DNA of 64,000 bases from Tubulanus polymorphus (lineage: Eukaryota > Animalia > Nemertea). Positions 20,911 to 35,900 of this stretch are shown here, one piece after another. Every line of letters begins with the position of its first letter. The first letter of the stretch is position 1. The stretch spans positions 11,606,962-11,670,961 of the forward strand of contig NC_134034.1 of assembly GCF_964204645.1 (NCBI RefSeq), read 5' to 3'. Under the pieces are notes generated by a model, which saw only the letters and a program-made list of their open reading frames with translations, was not told the DNA's origin and did not search any database. Both the position numbers and the translations under genes were made by a program.

Positions 20911-23900
20911 TCACGCGTTCAACGGTTTAAAAACGCTCCCGACCGCCGGTAGATCCTGACCCTTCGCGACCGGTCGACCCGATTTCACCGTTATTTGACG
21001 TTGAGCCGGTTGTTGTTGTTGTTGGTTGTTCGACGGATCAGAGTTTTTTAACCGCCGTTCGATTATTATGGCTGGTATAGCAGCGTGTGCCGCGCCGCCG
21101 CCGATCGTGCGCTGCATGTGCGCCGGTGCCGAGGCTGCTCGCAGTTTTTCGCGCCGTCTTTCGCGCATCAAAACTTGACTCGTTTTCGGACGTTTGCCTT
21201 GAAAAAATACGAGGAAAGAAGAAGGTTAGAAATGTGAAACGTCGCGCCGGAAAAAAGGGCAAGAATTTTTTGTATGAAGGGTTTTTTAATGAAGAGTTTT
21301 TCAGTTTCTCGAAAACGGTTCAATCGGAATCGTTGATCTCATGGAAAACATGAAGTAACCAATTCAGCAATCAAACCAAATTTTCGATGAAACAGGATTT
21401 TCTGTAAGTCAACTTTTCAAACGATGAAAACCACTTGAAAATTCAAACTTATAATGGTTTGAATTGTTGAACTTATCGAAATAGTTTAAGCTGAAAAACG
21501 GTTAAGTTTGAATTGTTCGCAATAACCGAGCAGTAACCAAAAATGAACTAAAAATTTCGAATTTAACTGTTTCGTGAAATTGACATCGGACAAACTGAGG
21601 ACAATTTTGCCAGAATGCCCTTTTCTCATCAATTCGTGCTGAAAATATTTTTTTAGACCCTCGCGCAACATGCCCCTTGATACACAACATGAGATACAAT
21701 ATGTAGTGTACGCAGCTGTGGAGGGAAGAGGGTTAACAACTAGCCATCGCTTTAGTGTAAACATTAAGCTCGCTAAGTACGTGTGAACTTGGACGGTGGG
21801 AATTTTTGGGATGTCCTGAAACCCAGAGACGCAAAGAAATCAAATACACAATCGCAAAAATATAAATGCTTCACAATATAACGGAGAAATCAAAACACTT
21901 TGTGCATAACTATCACAAACAACCAACAATGAGGTTACCGTGATGACTGTAGGACAGCCGGAGTTGACCTTGGTCTCGATAGTGGACGTGGGCTACCCAG
22001 CCACAGAAAACATGAGGCAGACACTTTTTCAACGAAACAGGAAAAATGGATATTTAAAAGAATTAATTGATTTTCAATCCCCCAAATTCAATAAATTATT
22101 TATGAATAGTTTATGTGTGTGACGAAAAGTGAAAATACTTACCGACTTTTTTCACCGGTGGTACAACAGGGGGGCCGCCATTGATCTCCAAACTGAAAAA
22201 TTCCAAAACAATTCTATTTAAGAATCCTTGCTCGGAGTTACATGTACATGTAGTAGGAAATCAATGTTCAGACTGATTTCATATTTCTCCATGTAACAAA
22301 TTTCATATTTGCCTGTGAAACTGATTTCATATTTCCCCCCATGAGACTGATCAGATATTTTGATATTCCCCCATAGAACTGATTTGATATTCCCCCATAG
22401 AACTGATTTGATATTCCCCCATAGAACTGATTTGATATTCCCCCATGAAACTGATTTGATATTCCCCCATCAGACTGATTTGATATTTCCAAGTGAGATT
22501 GATTTGATATTTTGATATTCACCGGTGAGACTGATTTGATATTTACCGGTGAGACTGAGTTGATATTTTGATATTTACCGGTGAGACTGATTTGATATTT
22601 ACCGGTGAGACTGATTTGATATTTTGATATTTACCGGTGAGACTGATTTGATATTTACCTCTGCGATGGAAGTCCTACGATCTTCGCTCGACGGAAATCG
22701 TCGACGAATTCCGGAGATATTTTCGGATTCGGGCCGATATTGTCGATGAGTTGCTCGTAGAGACCGGGGTCGTTACGACACGACGACAGCAGCTGACGAG
22801 CGGCCGTACGATTATACGACAGGTACCCGAGTGCGACCGCAGCTGCCGAGCGCACCTGTTCGCTATCGCTATGCAGGTGTTTCACGAGCATGTCTCCGCC
22901 TCCGGTTGTAATGATCGCGTCTGGTATACCGGCTCTAGTGTGAGCTAAACTAGATATTAAACTCGCTAGAAATAATGAAATAAATACAAATCAATCATGG
23001 TCAGAGGTCAGAATTACTTAAATGGGGGTTGAAGTTATCAAAGATGTTTCACTCAAGAGCTAATATTCGACTTAACAGATAATCAGTGGAATTAGCTTCA
23101 GATCTGTGGAACTGGGTCCTGAACTGTGGAACTGGATCCTGAACTGTGGAGCCGAGTGCAGAACTGTGGAACTGAATTCTAACTTCTGAACTGTTAAGCC
23201 AAGTTCAAAACTGTGGAACTGGATCCTGAACTGTGGAACTGGATCCAGAACTGTGGAGCTGGGTCCAGAACTGTGGAACCGGGTACAGAACTGTGGAACT
23301 GGGTCCAGAACTGTGGAACCGGGTACAGAACTGTGGAACTGGGTTCAGAACTGTGGAACTGGGTTCAGAACTGTGGAACTAGGTTCTGATCTGTGGAACT
23401 GCATACGGTACCTGCTAATATGATAGCATTGTCGTCTGAACAGTTCAATGTTTCAACTAGAGACGTAATTCCTAACGCGGTCAGCGCCACCTGGTCCATA
23501 TCAACGATTACACGAGCTAGTACAACAATCTGTGCGAATAGAAAAGAAAAACATCGGCAATTCAGTAAAATTATGATTAGCTACAAATGACAACCTTTTC
23601 ATTCACGATGACTAGAACAAGTCAGTAAAATTATAATCAGTTACTAGCAAATGACGAATTTCTCATTCACTTCAACATTTCAGTTACTAATAATGACTGC
23701 GTTATTGCTCACCTGGAAAGCCGCGCTGCATTTGAAGAATTCATTTTCCGACTCGAGGTAATTTTTAAACACACTGAACTGAATCCCTCCAGCTTCACGT
23801 ATAGCGAACTGCTGCGGAGTGTTATTGAACGCGAATATAGTCAACGCGTGACCAGCCTTCAGACGGATTTCCTAATAAAAACGACGATGAATCATTATGA

Positions 23901-26900
23901 TTACGAGTTCAATAATTTGAACCGATGCATATTCGACAGTCAAACTTCATAGATCGCAAATATCAAAGTTCTGGGCCCAGTTGCACGAAAAAGTGTAAGC
24001 TTAAAACAGTGAAGGTTGAATTGTTGTCCTCATTGAAAACATGAAGTAACCAATAGCGATTACACCAGAAATTTGAGTTAAACTTTTTTGTGAAACTGTG
24101 CCCTGGTAGAAATCCTAGGTCCAGTTCCACAGTTCGGAGTTAAAATTTGACCCCGAGTTAACTCATCGAAAATGAACTAATTTCAACTCGGAGTTAACTC
24201 TAACTCACATCTGTGGAACTGGGTCCTAGAGCCTAGTGACTACTTGATAAGAGCTATGAAACTAAGTGATTAAAATGTTGCTAGTGGGGTCTGTTCTAAA
24301 CGTATGGCTGAAGTAATCACTGAACGCAAAGACAGTTACAGACAGTTGATATCAGTCTATCACTGATTTATACATGATGAAATGGCTATGGCCAGGCCCA
24401 CGCGTAGAAGTCGATACAAACCTCCCTTTTCGAATGTAATAAATCTAACAGCACGTTGAATCTAAACGCCGGCTGTTCGCGCAACAGCTCCTGATTGGTC
24501 GGATTGCCGAGCACGACGCAGCCGATCGCGCACGCGACCTCGACCTCGATCTCGTCGCTCGGCGGATTCATCAACAGATTGACGAGGATCGTCAACGCTC
24601 CTTCCTCGGTGATCAGACGCTGCGTTATCTTATTATTGCGATGAGCGACACCTACAAGATCAAATAGATACTACTCTCATCGATTCACGAATCTCAGTTC
24701 ACGAGACTTCGATCCAAATGTGGTCTGAAATTTCAAGACTGGTCTTAAGTTGTTAGATTGACTATATGTAACTTAACCCCAATGCACTGAGACTGGTCTT
24801 AAGTTGTTAGATTGACTATATGTAACTTAACCCCAACGCACTGAGACCGGTCTTAAGTTGTTAGATTGGCTATATGTAACTTAACCCCAACGCACTGAGA
24901 CCGGTCTTAAGTTGTTAGATTGACTATATGTAACTTAACCCCAATGCACTGAGACTGGTCTTAAGTTGTTAGATTGACTATATGTAACTTAACCCCAACG
25001 CACTGAGACCGGTCTTAAGTTGTTAGATTGGCTATATGTAACTTAAACCCAACGCACGAGACTGGTCTTAAGTTGTTAGATTGGCCATAGAACGAAGATG
25101 GCCTAAGACAGGTCATAATACTATGGGACCAGCCCCTGTATTCTAACTACATTAGACTCCAGCTTACCGCTCAAATACCGAAGTTTTAATTTTCCCAATT
25201 CTCAGCTCAGTATCCGGTCAGACCTCGGTGAGATATTTACAGTCTCCCAATGCTACTGCAGGGTCCAATCGAAGGAATGAAATCCACTTGCCCGGGGGGT
25301 GCCCCCTCCAAAAGCTACTTGCCCTACACAGGCAGTCCGATTGGTGTTACCATCATCCGTTGTATCGAGTGGGAAAAAAGCTTTGTGACATAAAATTGCA
25401 CTAGCCCGGCGGACAAGTGATGATGATAACCTACTTGCCCTGATGAGAATATACTTGTCCCGGGCAATCGGACAAGTGCTTAGATCGGACCCTGTACTAA
25501 CTAACGCAGTCTATAGCATCAAATCCTTAGAGGAGAAGGGAGAGGATACTTTATTCGCCGAGGAATATTTGAACGTGAATCTCACCTACGCAAAGAGTTC
25601 CTAACGTTCGGATCGCCATGTGAAGAACTCGACCGGAAGCTTTACCCGAACGTATCAATCGAACCAACGGTTGAATTCCGCCTTCTTGACAAATCTTTTT
25701 CTGATTGTCCATGTTTTCACGTCCCAGCGCGATCAGAGCCATACAACCTGAAAACAATACCATAGAATCTCATAATCATTGGTTTTTACATAGACAAGTG
25801 AGTGTCTGTTATTCAATTAGAGCTAAAAACCCATTATAACGTGGAAAACTAAAGAGAGTATTTGACGTTTAGACTCAATTCTATGAGCCATTTACAAAAA
25901 TTAAGAGAGTATTTGACGTTAAGGCTCAATTCTATGAGCCATTTTCAAAAACTAAGAGAGTAGTGACGTTTAGACTCAATACTATGAGCCATTTGCCATT
26001 TAGCCTCAATTCTATGAGCCATTTTAAAACTAAGAGAGTAGTGACGTTTAGACTCAATTCTAGGAGCCATTTACAAAAACTAAGAGAGTATTTGACGTTT
26101 AGACTTGATTCTACGAGCCATTTTCAAAAATTAAGAGAGTATTTGACGTTAAGGCTCAATTCTATGAGCCATTTTGAAAACTAAGAGAATAGTGACGTTT
26201 AAACTCAATTCTATGAGACATTTTCAAAACTAAGAGAGTAGTGATGTTTAGACTCAATACTATGAGCCATTTACAAAAATTAAGAGAGTATTTGACGTTA
26301 AGACTCAATTCTATGAGCCATTTTCAAAACTAAGAGAATAGTGACGTTTAGACTCAATTCTATGAGCCATTTTCAAAACTAAGAGAGTAGTGACGTTTAG
26401 ACTCAATTCTATGAGCCATTTACAAAAATTAAGAGAGTATTTGACCTTAAGGCTCAATTCTATGAGCCATTTTGAAAACTAAGAGAATAGTGACGTTTAA
26501 ACTCAATTCTATGAGACATTTTCAAAACTAAGAGAGTAGTGACGTTTAGACTCAATACTATGAGCCATTTACAAAAATTAAGAGAGTATTTGACGTTAAG
26601 ACTCAATTCTATGAGCCATTTTCAAAACTAAGAGAATAGTGACGTTTAGACTCAATTCTATGAGCCATTTTCAAAACTAAGAGAGTAGTGACGTTTAGAC
26701 TCAATTCTATCAGCCATTTTCAAAACTAAGAGAGTAGTGACGTTTAGACTCAATACTATGAGACATTTTCAAAACTAAGAGAGTAGTGACGTTTAGACTC
26801 AATTCTACGAGACATTTTCCAAACTAAGAGAGTAGTGACGTTTAGACTCAATTCTACGAGACATTTTCCAAACTAAGAGAGTAGTGACGTTTAGACTCAA

Positions 26901-29900
26901 TTCTACGAGACATTTTCCAAACTAAGAGAGTAGTGACGTTTAGACTCAATTCTACGAGACATTTTCCAAACTAAGAGAGTAGTGACGTTTAGACTCAATT
27001 CTACGAGACATTTTCCAAACTAAGAGAGTAGTGACGTTTAGACTCAATTCTATGAGCCATTTTCAAAACTAAGGGAGTAGTGACGTTTAAACTCAATTCT
27101 ATCAGCCATTTTAAAAACTAAGAGAGTAAAAGTACTTTTTCATAAAAAGTACCGAATTCTCCCGCTTATTTTACTGCTCACCGACGTATTGAAGTTTTTC
27201 GCTGTTAATCAACAGAATTTCGATTAATTGTTGAATTCCGACACGTTCCGCGATGTATTTCTGTTGAGTTAACGTATTTCCGGCCAACGCCCACAACGCC
27301 AGCGCCCCCTGTTCACGTACTTCAACCGACCAAATCTATCGCAACAGACATACAACACAATGATTAACTGTTAGAAACACGGGCAGAGTTACTCAAGGGT
27401 CCAACTAAACTTGCACGAGTCCATCAAATTTTTTTTTGAATGCTCTTTTTTGCAAAGGGGTCATTCATTTATTACGTACGCATTAGGGGTGGGGGGAGGG
27501 GTAAGTGCAATTGCGTACTGTAATGCTTAATGTATATGAAAAAATGGCCGATTTTGCGTACAGAGGGGGAGGGGGGTTGAAAAATTCAAATTTTATGCGT
27601 ACGTAATAAATGAATGATCCCAAATTGAAATAATTGGTGCATTTCACATAATATTGTCTTAGTGGATATCAAAGTGCGCTTTTGAGATGGGACAAGTTCT
27701 TCAAAATTGGCCTCTAGATTTGCCCCTGGAATAGTGTCCTGTTCCACGGTTGTAAGAATAAATCAATTTTTATGATTTGACTTCTATCTATTCAGATGAT
27801 TTGACTTAACTCAAGAAAATGAAGCTTAGAAAAATCAACAAACCTTTAACAGTTTAATGAGAGCTTTCGGAGCGTCCAAGTCGAGAAAAGCTTTCTGACT
27901 TTCCGGGTTATTTTCGGCGAGTGATTCGAGGGCGCTGGCAGCTTTCACCTGAACGGTCACGTTACGTCCTTTAATCAAATTCACCAGCGGCCTGAAAATA
28001 CAAATACCGGACACTTTTAATCCACACAACTGTGGAACTGGGTACAAAGTCAAACCCACTCAACTGTGGAACTGGGTTCAGAGTCTAATCAAACCCACAC
28101 AACTGTGGAATGGGTACAAAGTCAAATTAAACCCGCACAACTGTGGAACTGGGTTCAGAGTCTAATTAAACCCACACAACTGTGGAACTGGATTCAGAGT
28201 CAATTCAACCCACACAACTGTGAAACTGGGTTCAGAGTTAAATTAACCACACGGCTGTGGAACCGGATTTAGAGACGAATTCTAACTAGTTCTAACCAGT
28301 TCTCACGAATAGTTAATCGAATATCATTAAAAAAAATTTTTGCACCAGCAATATCAATTTTTCTCATTAAACCATCCAACATAGAATCAGATTACTGAGA
28401 AGCAAATGTAAAGTCCAATTACTTTCCAGCCAGAGGCACTACCCAGCATGTGTAAATGAATTATATATAAAAAGTGATCAGATTACGGCTCATTAGAGGT
28501 GACTTTCACACTGTGGTCTACACTGCTCGTAGTTAGACACAACGTCCTCACCGCAGGTACACGAGTAATAACCGCATCAACTACTGATACATATTCTCGG
28601 TCGGTACTGGTTTCCTGCACACATAATACTGAAATACGCTAATTCTACTCGAGTTTCCAACACAACTGAGGAATCGTAATTTTCTCGAAACTCTTTTCGC
28701 AAACGTCTGCACAGATTTCACGAGTAATAACGTTAGTCGCACACATTACCAGTTTTTGTATTTCTTGTCTCGGAAATATATAACGTGCTCGAATGTGCAT
28801 CGGTATTTTGTGTCGATATCGAATTCTCTTAACACCTCCCAATACTTCGACCCACAAAAATAAACGGACTACTTCGTCGTTATTCCGATGTACGTCAGAG
28901 AAATTTGGTCACAAAAACTCGACTTCTTACTAAATCCGGTAATCCGGTAATCGCGAAGCCTAAACAGGCTACAACGCTGCTGCCGTAATCTGCTACGATG
29001 CTCGCTCATTTAAAACCTCTCGTTTATGCCGGCGGCAACAAAACGTGCCAGGCGAACGCGATCGTATGGTCGCGTATATACATACACACGTTGATAAACG
29101 GTCCGATCGCCGCGATCGGGACCGTTTTAAACGTCGTCTGTTTCCTGGTCGTCCGTAAATTCGCTCACCGCCCGACGTATTTCTTACTGGCCGCGTTGAC
29201 CGTAGCAGACGGACTGTATCAGTTGGTTTCGATTCCCGAGTACAGCGTCGGTTTACTACTGCGTTACCTCGAGTACGGCGACAAACTCATCTACCTGCAT
29301 CCGGCGTTGACGCTACCTCAACTCGACGCGTACCTCGCGCCGGTACGGTTCGCCGCGTTCCACGAGCGCAACTGGCTGATCGTCTGCGTGACGTTCGAAC
29401 GACTCGCGTCGATCAGTTTCCCGTTGCGTTCGAAGTCGTGGTTCGGTAAACGCGTGTTGCGTACGATCGTCTGCTCAACGGCGGTCGTCAACGCGTTACT
29501 CGTCCTACCGCTTTTTCTCATGGAGATACGCGGACCGATCGCGTTTAGAAAGTGCGATTATTTCCGCGGCGAAAAGTTCTATTTCGGGTCGTACATTAAA
29601 TGGAACCCGCTGAAAGGCAGGTATACGCGGACTCTGTCCACGTACGTCGGGAGCGCCGTCCCGTTTCTGCTTCTATTCGTCGGCAATATCTGCCTGATAT
29701 TTAAAATCGTCGCCGCGCGCAGAAATCGCCCGCGTAATCTAAATTCGAACGCGAAAGACGTCGCCGCCGGCAACCGAATGGCGTTCGTCGTTACCGTATC
29801 CATAGTAACGGCGCATTTGATTTTCGAATTTCCGCACGCGTTTTTCATGTTGAATTACGATTTCGCGTGGATCGAATTCCGATTCCCGATGATCGGACAA

Positions 29901-32900
29901 ATCGGCAGTCAGATCGATTCGTTGATCAACGTGTTCATCTATTCGGTGATCAATCCGAAATTTCGTAAAACGGCGAAAGAAACGTTTTGCGCGAAGAAAC
30001 GAATTTGACGAAAGTTTTTCTCATCATTTCGCTCGTTTTATTCCACCGTTATTCCTATGATTACTATTTCATATCAAACTTACTATTAAATTACAAGACT
30101 ATGATCGATCAAAATGAATTACATTAAAAGGTACAAGACCTGCGCCCGGTTTAGCAGCCAAAGCATGGACCTAAGACAAATCTTAACATATCCTAGTATT
30201 AGCATTAGAGGCCTGTGGCTGTTCTATTAAGATAAGTTCATTTCTATTGTTTCATCTGAAGAGGAGAAAACTAATTGAGAACTGAGTGGAACTGTGGGGA
30301 ACTGAGTGGAACTGTGGAGAACTGAGTGGAACTGTTAGGAACTGAGTGGAACTGAGGGGTTGTTAAATGTGTGTAATCAATAGAACTCACTGAACAGCTC
30401 CGTCGTTAACTACAGCATCCTGATTGACACGATGAGATTTAGTGAGAGCGGCGAGAGCAGCAGCAGACGCCGCCTGTAACATATCTGAAACACCGAATAA
30501 AAATAGATACGAGTAAAATCTTCATTATCATCATTTAAAAATATTCTCAGTCTCGAATGAAACGACGACGAACCTGAATTAACCGTTAGAAATTCGACTA
30601 ACGGCTCGATTCCGTTGTTACGGGCGACCTCCGTCTGATTGTCGGCGTTGTTGTCGCACATGACGCGTAACGCGTTCACCGAGTTAACGAGCACGTCCTC
30701 GAGTTCCGAGTCGAGCAGCGCGACGAGCGGCGCAATGCCGCCCGACTCGGCGATCGCCGATTGGTTGTCGTCGACGCACGCGAGGTCGGCGAGAACGATC
30801 GCCGCGCGCGATTGGATGTCGTCGACCGACGACGCGAGCAGACGGATCAGAATACGACCGGCGTCTGCCGACGTTAACCCTTTGCGTACAGCGTCGTGTT
30901 CGGAGATGTTACACAACACGGACGCGGCGACTGATTGTAATTCCTCTTGATCGAGATTCAGTAATCCAACAAGCGCCGGTACTCCATCTAGAATAAACAA
31001 AATACAGTATCTTTAACAAGGGTCCTTACAGATCAGTCATTCCTGATCCTACAGATCAGTCATTCCTGATCCTACAGATCAGTCATTCCTGATCCTACAG
31101 ATCAGTCATTCCTGATCCTACAGATCAGTCATTCCTGATCCTACAGATCAGTCATTCTTAGATATAAGGAGTTTTCAAGGAGAGAATTTCAGCGTCTGCA
31201 TCACTTTCATATCCCAATTACTGTAGACTCCTCCTAAATCGGTACTGTTTATCTTAGTGAAACATTCATTCAGTGGTTTTGAAAGCAAAGCAGCCAATCA
31301 GTAACTGCGTCATCAATTGTGTTATGTGTATTGAAATTCACTTAAAGATTTCAAACAATTGATGAAAATGAACGTATTTTGAGGTCTTCTAATTTTACAA
31401 GCTGCAGAACTGGAGCTTACCGGCGTCTAATATAGCCTTCCAGTGAGATGTTTCCGACGTTGATAACGGCTCCAGACATTTCACAGCGCTGTCCTTTTTC
31501 TGTAAATCGTCGTCATTCAACATTCCTAAAATCAGACAGCGATTTAGAAATTAGACGGCGATTGAAGTACATAGAAAGCCTGAATTCACAGATTCAGTAT
31601 TTCAATGGTGATTTTTCCAGATTTTCCCATGTTGAAATGAACTGCAGGGATATTGTCATTTGAATAGTGGTGACTGGTTGATAAAGGGTGATTCTAAATA
31701 TCGCTGAAGAAAATGCTATGTGAAGTGGAAAATGAATTTCCCAAATATTTCGCGAGTCAGAAGAAAATTTATCGAACATCCAAACCAGGAAAATATCATT
31801 TCAAAATTCCCAAGCATTTCTTGATTTTCTAATTCAGTGGGAACTAATTTCATGAAAACCTGGTCAAACCGTACCGACTAATAACTTCCAGACCGGCACG
31901 TCGGGGTGATTCCATTTGATGAAGTAATCGAGTATGTTAGTATGATACCGAAGCGCCGCCAAGTGGACCATATTGTTACCGGCGGCATCGCAAGAAACGA
32001 TACTGGCGCCGATATCGATGAGACACCGGACGGCGTTCAGCGCTCCCGAGCTGGCGGCCAGTAACAACGGGGTCGATTCTAACCTAGAAAATGAAAAAAA
32101 AACAAAATCAAACTTATTGATTGATTATAGCATCGAACACCAGGGGGCAGGTTTCGCAAACCTAACTAAAATCAAATCACATTGTTTAAGTCATCGAAAA
32201 TGAGAAGGTCGTCATGATCATTCTAGCTACAATAGCGGGGGTTAATAGTCTCATTTGTTCAATGACTATTTTTATTCCGATTCCAGGACTTAATAATCAT
32301 ACAACTGTCATTTCATTTTCATAAATCCTGAAATCTCAGTTTCCCAGACATTCTTATATCCAGTAGATTCTAAGAGCTGTAACAGTGAACTTGTATCTTG
32401 GATCTGCAGATGATGACTAATGGACCATAACCATGATTTAAGGATTTTAAAGCCTATTTCATGATTCAAGGCCTTGAACTGACCTACTCCAATCTAAACA
32501 ATTTTAAGGACCTTCAAGGACTACTATGAACCCTGCAATAGATCTCGCCTTACTCAGAAATGGCCACCTCAGACTTTCGACTAACTCTGGCAAGAACTAA
32601 ATCATTTTTTCGACTTTCTAATGTATTTTCCGATCCTAAATTTACATTTAACAGACGAGGTCCAAATAAGACGAGGTCAACTGTACTCGTTTTCCCGAAT
32701 GATGTAACAACTTACTCGGATTTCGTTTTCAGTTCCAGTAAATTCGGATGTTTACGGATGAACAACTTGATGACTTGTTCGTGATCGAAGAACGCGGCGT
32801 GATGGATCGGCGCCCAGCCCTGTTTATCGGTAACGACGATATTCGCGTAGTTCGCCAATAAACACGACACGGCGTCCAACGCACCGCACCGAGCTGCGAG

Positions 32901-35900
32901 GTGCAACGCCGTCGGACCTGTCGAAAAATAGAACGCGCATAACTTACAATAGCATCAAACGGTAAATATAAAGCTAATGTCTATTTCAACTTTGCTTGAG
33001 GGGATATCGGGTGGCCTAGCTCTGTCGGTTTTGTTAACAGGCCCGGCAAAGGTGGGCAGTTGACCTAATCATCCAATCTTAATCCATCTTATACTGTATC
33101 GTATTTGTACCGGATTGCCAGTGTTCTTTGAATGGGGTTGAAAAAAGAAAAGTGATTCCATGGATGTTTAACAATGTGTTTCCATGCCTACATACCATGA
33201 CGTTTTTTATGATTCGAAAAAACTTCAGTCGGTAGGCATAGAGACATATTGTTAAACTGAAAAAATGGTGTAGACGCAATGCGGTGTTGTAGACGCACTG
33301 AAAGGGTTAACGTAATTCAAAATAAGCACAAAAATCAAAACGATACAGAATGCAAATTTCTAAATGTGAAAAAAAGCTGCTCTTATGAATCGACGAAAGA
33401 AACAAAATTCACCGCAGGACAAGAACGAAATCGAAGAAAAAAATACATCAAACTAGTAACGTAATTATCTTACCGTTATTAGGCAACTGTTGATGTCGGT
33501 GTCGATGTCCTTTTAATTGAGTTTTAATTAATCGTAATCAGATGTTAATTAGATTCATAGATCATCATTAATATCTATTAGTTTCGATTGGATATAGATT
33601 CATCAATTCAGTGACACTCAATAAACTAACTCCGGACCCAGTTGCGCTGCCCTGACTGACCAAAGTCCAAAAGAGGCCTTAAGTTGTTAGACTGGTCTAA
33701 AATCTAAGTCATGTCTTCACAACTAGCCCCGGTTTTGGGCACCATTTTGAAGTAAAAGTGGTTAGATTTACCTGTAGATTGTAGAGTATTGTGACGTCTG
33801 ACGTTGACGTCTATAGATTGTAAAATGAGACACGCGATGATCTGAGGTCGGTTGTACATCGCGGCGTGGTGTATCAACGACAGGCCGTATTCATCCTGTT
33901 TCGCCAGACGCGCGGGCGGACATTTCCTCGCCAGAGTCATAAACATCGCGATCAAACCGCGTTGAGCCGCCGCGCGTAGTCCGTTCGGTAACGTCTGCAA
34001 ACAGATCAGATCGATCAGTACAGAGTCATTCCTGGATATAAGGAGTTTTAACAGGGTCCCCTACAGATATCAGTCATCGTTGGATTAAAGGAGTTTTAAC
34101 AGGGTCCCTACAGATATCAGTTATTCCTGGATATAAGCAGTTTTAACAGGGTCCCTACAGATCAGTCATTCCTGGATATAAGCAGTTTTAACAGGGTCCC
34201 TACAGATCAGTCATTCCTGGATATAAGGAGTTTTAACAGGGTCCCTACGAATCAGTCATTCCTGGATATAAGCAGTTTTAACAGGGTCCCCTACAGATCA
34301 GTCATTCCTGGATATAAGCAGTTTTAACAGGGTCCCTACAGATCAGTCATTCCTGGATATAAGCAGTTTTCAGGCATTTTGTTCAAATCATTAAAAAGCA
34401 TTTTCTTTCTAGAAGTTTTTAAGGAATCATTGAGTTGTAGGGACTCTGGAAAGTCTGAATTATTAACAAGGCCTCAACCGACCTAGGGCCTCAATGGACC
34501 TAGGGCCTCATGTAGGGTCCAGGATTCCGTAGGGTTTATTTTGTTATGTCTGAGAAAACCTATCATCGGGGTCCAGAGATATTCAAACATTCAAAAATGT
34601 GGAAAAAAGATGCTAAAAACTTTTGACTTAAATTTCTTATAATGAAATGCACCGAACAACTAAAAATTCACCTTGTATTTTATGGCTTTTTTGTAGCCAA
34701 AATATTTTTTGAATTGCTCGTGCGTGTGTACGTCTTGTAGTGGTAACCGACGCGGTTTTAGTTTCGTGATCTCTTCGCACATCGCGTGTACCCAGCTCGG
34801 TTTCTGCGGACTCTGCGAGTAGTACGTCTCAAACTCTAAACTGAATATCCAATAACTGCGAAAATAGACAAACGGAATATCGGATCAGGACCCAGTTCCA
34901 CAGTTCTGAGTTAAATTTGACTCTATAGAGTTAAAACATTGAAAATGAACTGATTTTGACTCCGAGTTAACTCTAACTCACAACTGTAGAACTGGGTCCT
35001 GATATTTTCGTATGGAATAAATTAATGATTCAAACAGCTGCTACTTTTTGCTCATTTTCTAATCCCCTGTGCCCGGTTTTATAGACTGGTATTATCTCAA
35101 ATCTGGCGGTTAAATTCAATCAATTCATTTTCGATTGAGTTAATCCGCAAATTGAAGTTCATACCAGTCTATAAAACCGGGCCCTGAATTTTCCATAATA
35201 TAACACAAAATTCCCCGCATATATCCAAAGAATATTTTGGTTTAAAATGTTCATTTTTCATTCCTTTTCATTGAATCACGTATTTACGAAATAAACACGA
35301 TCCATCCAAATTCCCTTCACAAGTTTTCCAGGTCAGCTCTCCAGCTGTGAATGGATGGCTAGCTGGCCAACGCTGGAAAATAGCGGATTAAGCATCGTGG
35401 AAAATGCACAACAAGTCTCAAACGATCAGAGATGAAAACGACCCATATTGAAAAAGTCGGAAAATATTTTCCAAAAAAAAAAGAATTTTTTGGGGAACAA
35501 AAATCAGTAACTTTTAGCCAAAAAACTTACTTCCTTTTGGTCAAAATGTTAATAGTTTGGGCCTGAATTAGAGCGGCTTTTTGAATGAGACGCCATATCG
35601 GTTTCTCCGACTCCGCAGTTGTGCTAACAACTGCCGAAAACCGTCTTAAGGAGCACTCCTAACTACGGAGCGCTCCGATGTGACGCCCGCGATTGAGGTG
35701 ATTAAAGCGATTGAGGTGATTTACACTGTTCTCAGGAATAAAGAAAATGTTAGAAAAGGTCGGAAATCCGTCTATGGTCGGAAGATTTTCATCCCGGAAC
35801 GATAGAATTCTATCTGTAAACGAACCTTTTGCCGTCGATGTCGATGGTTGATAGCGGATAATGTTCTTGTCGCGGCAGATCCGGGTTCGTCCATTTATTA

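Noticed and set aside
22268-22522. ORF with GGISNQFY repeats resembling a neuropeptide precursor
   Set aside because: It is a 24-bp intronic tandem repeat with no signal peptide or basic cleavage sites.
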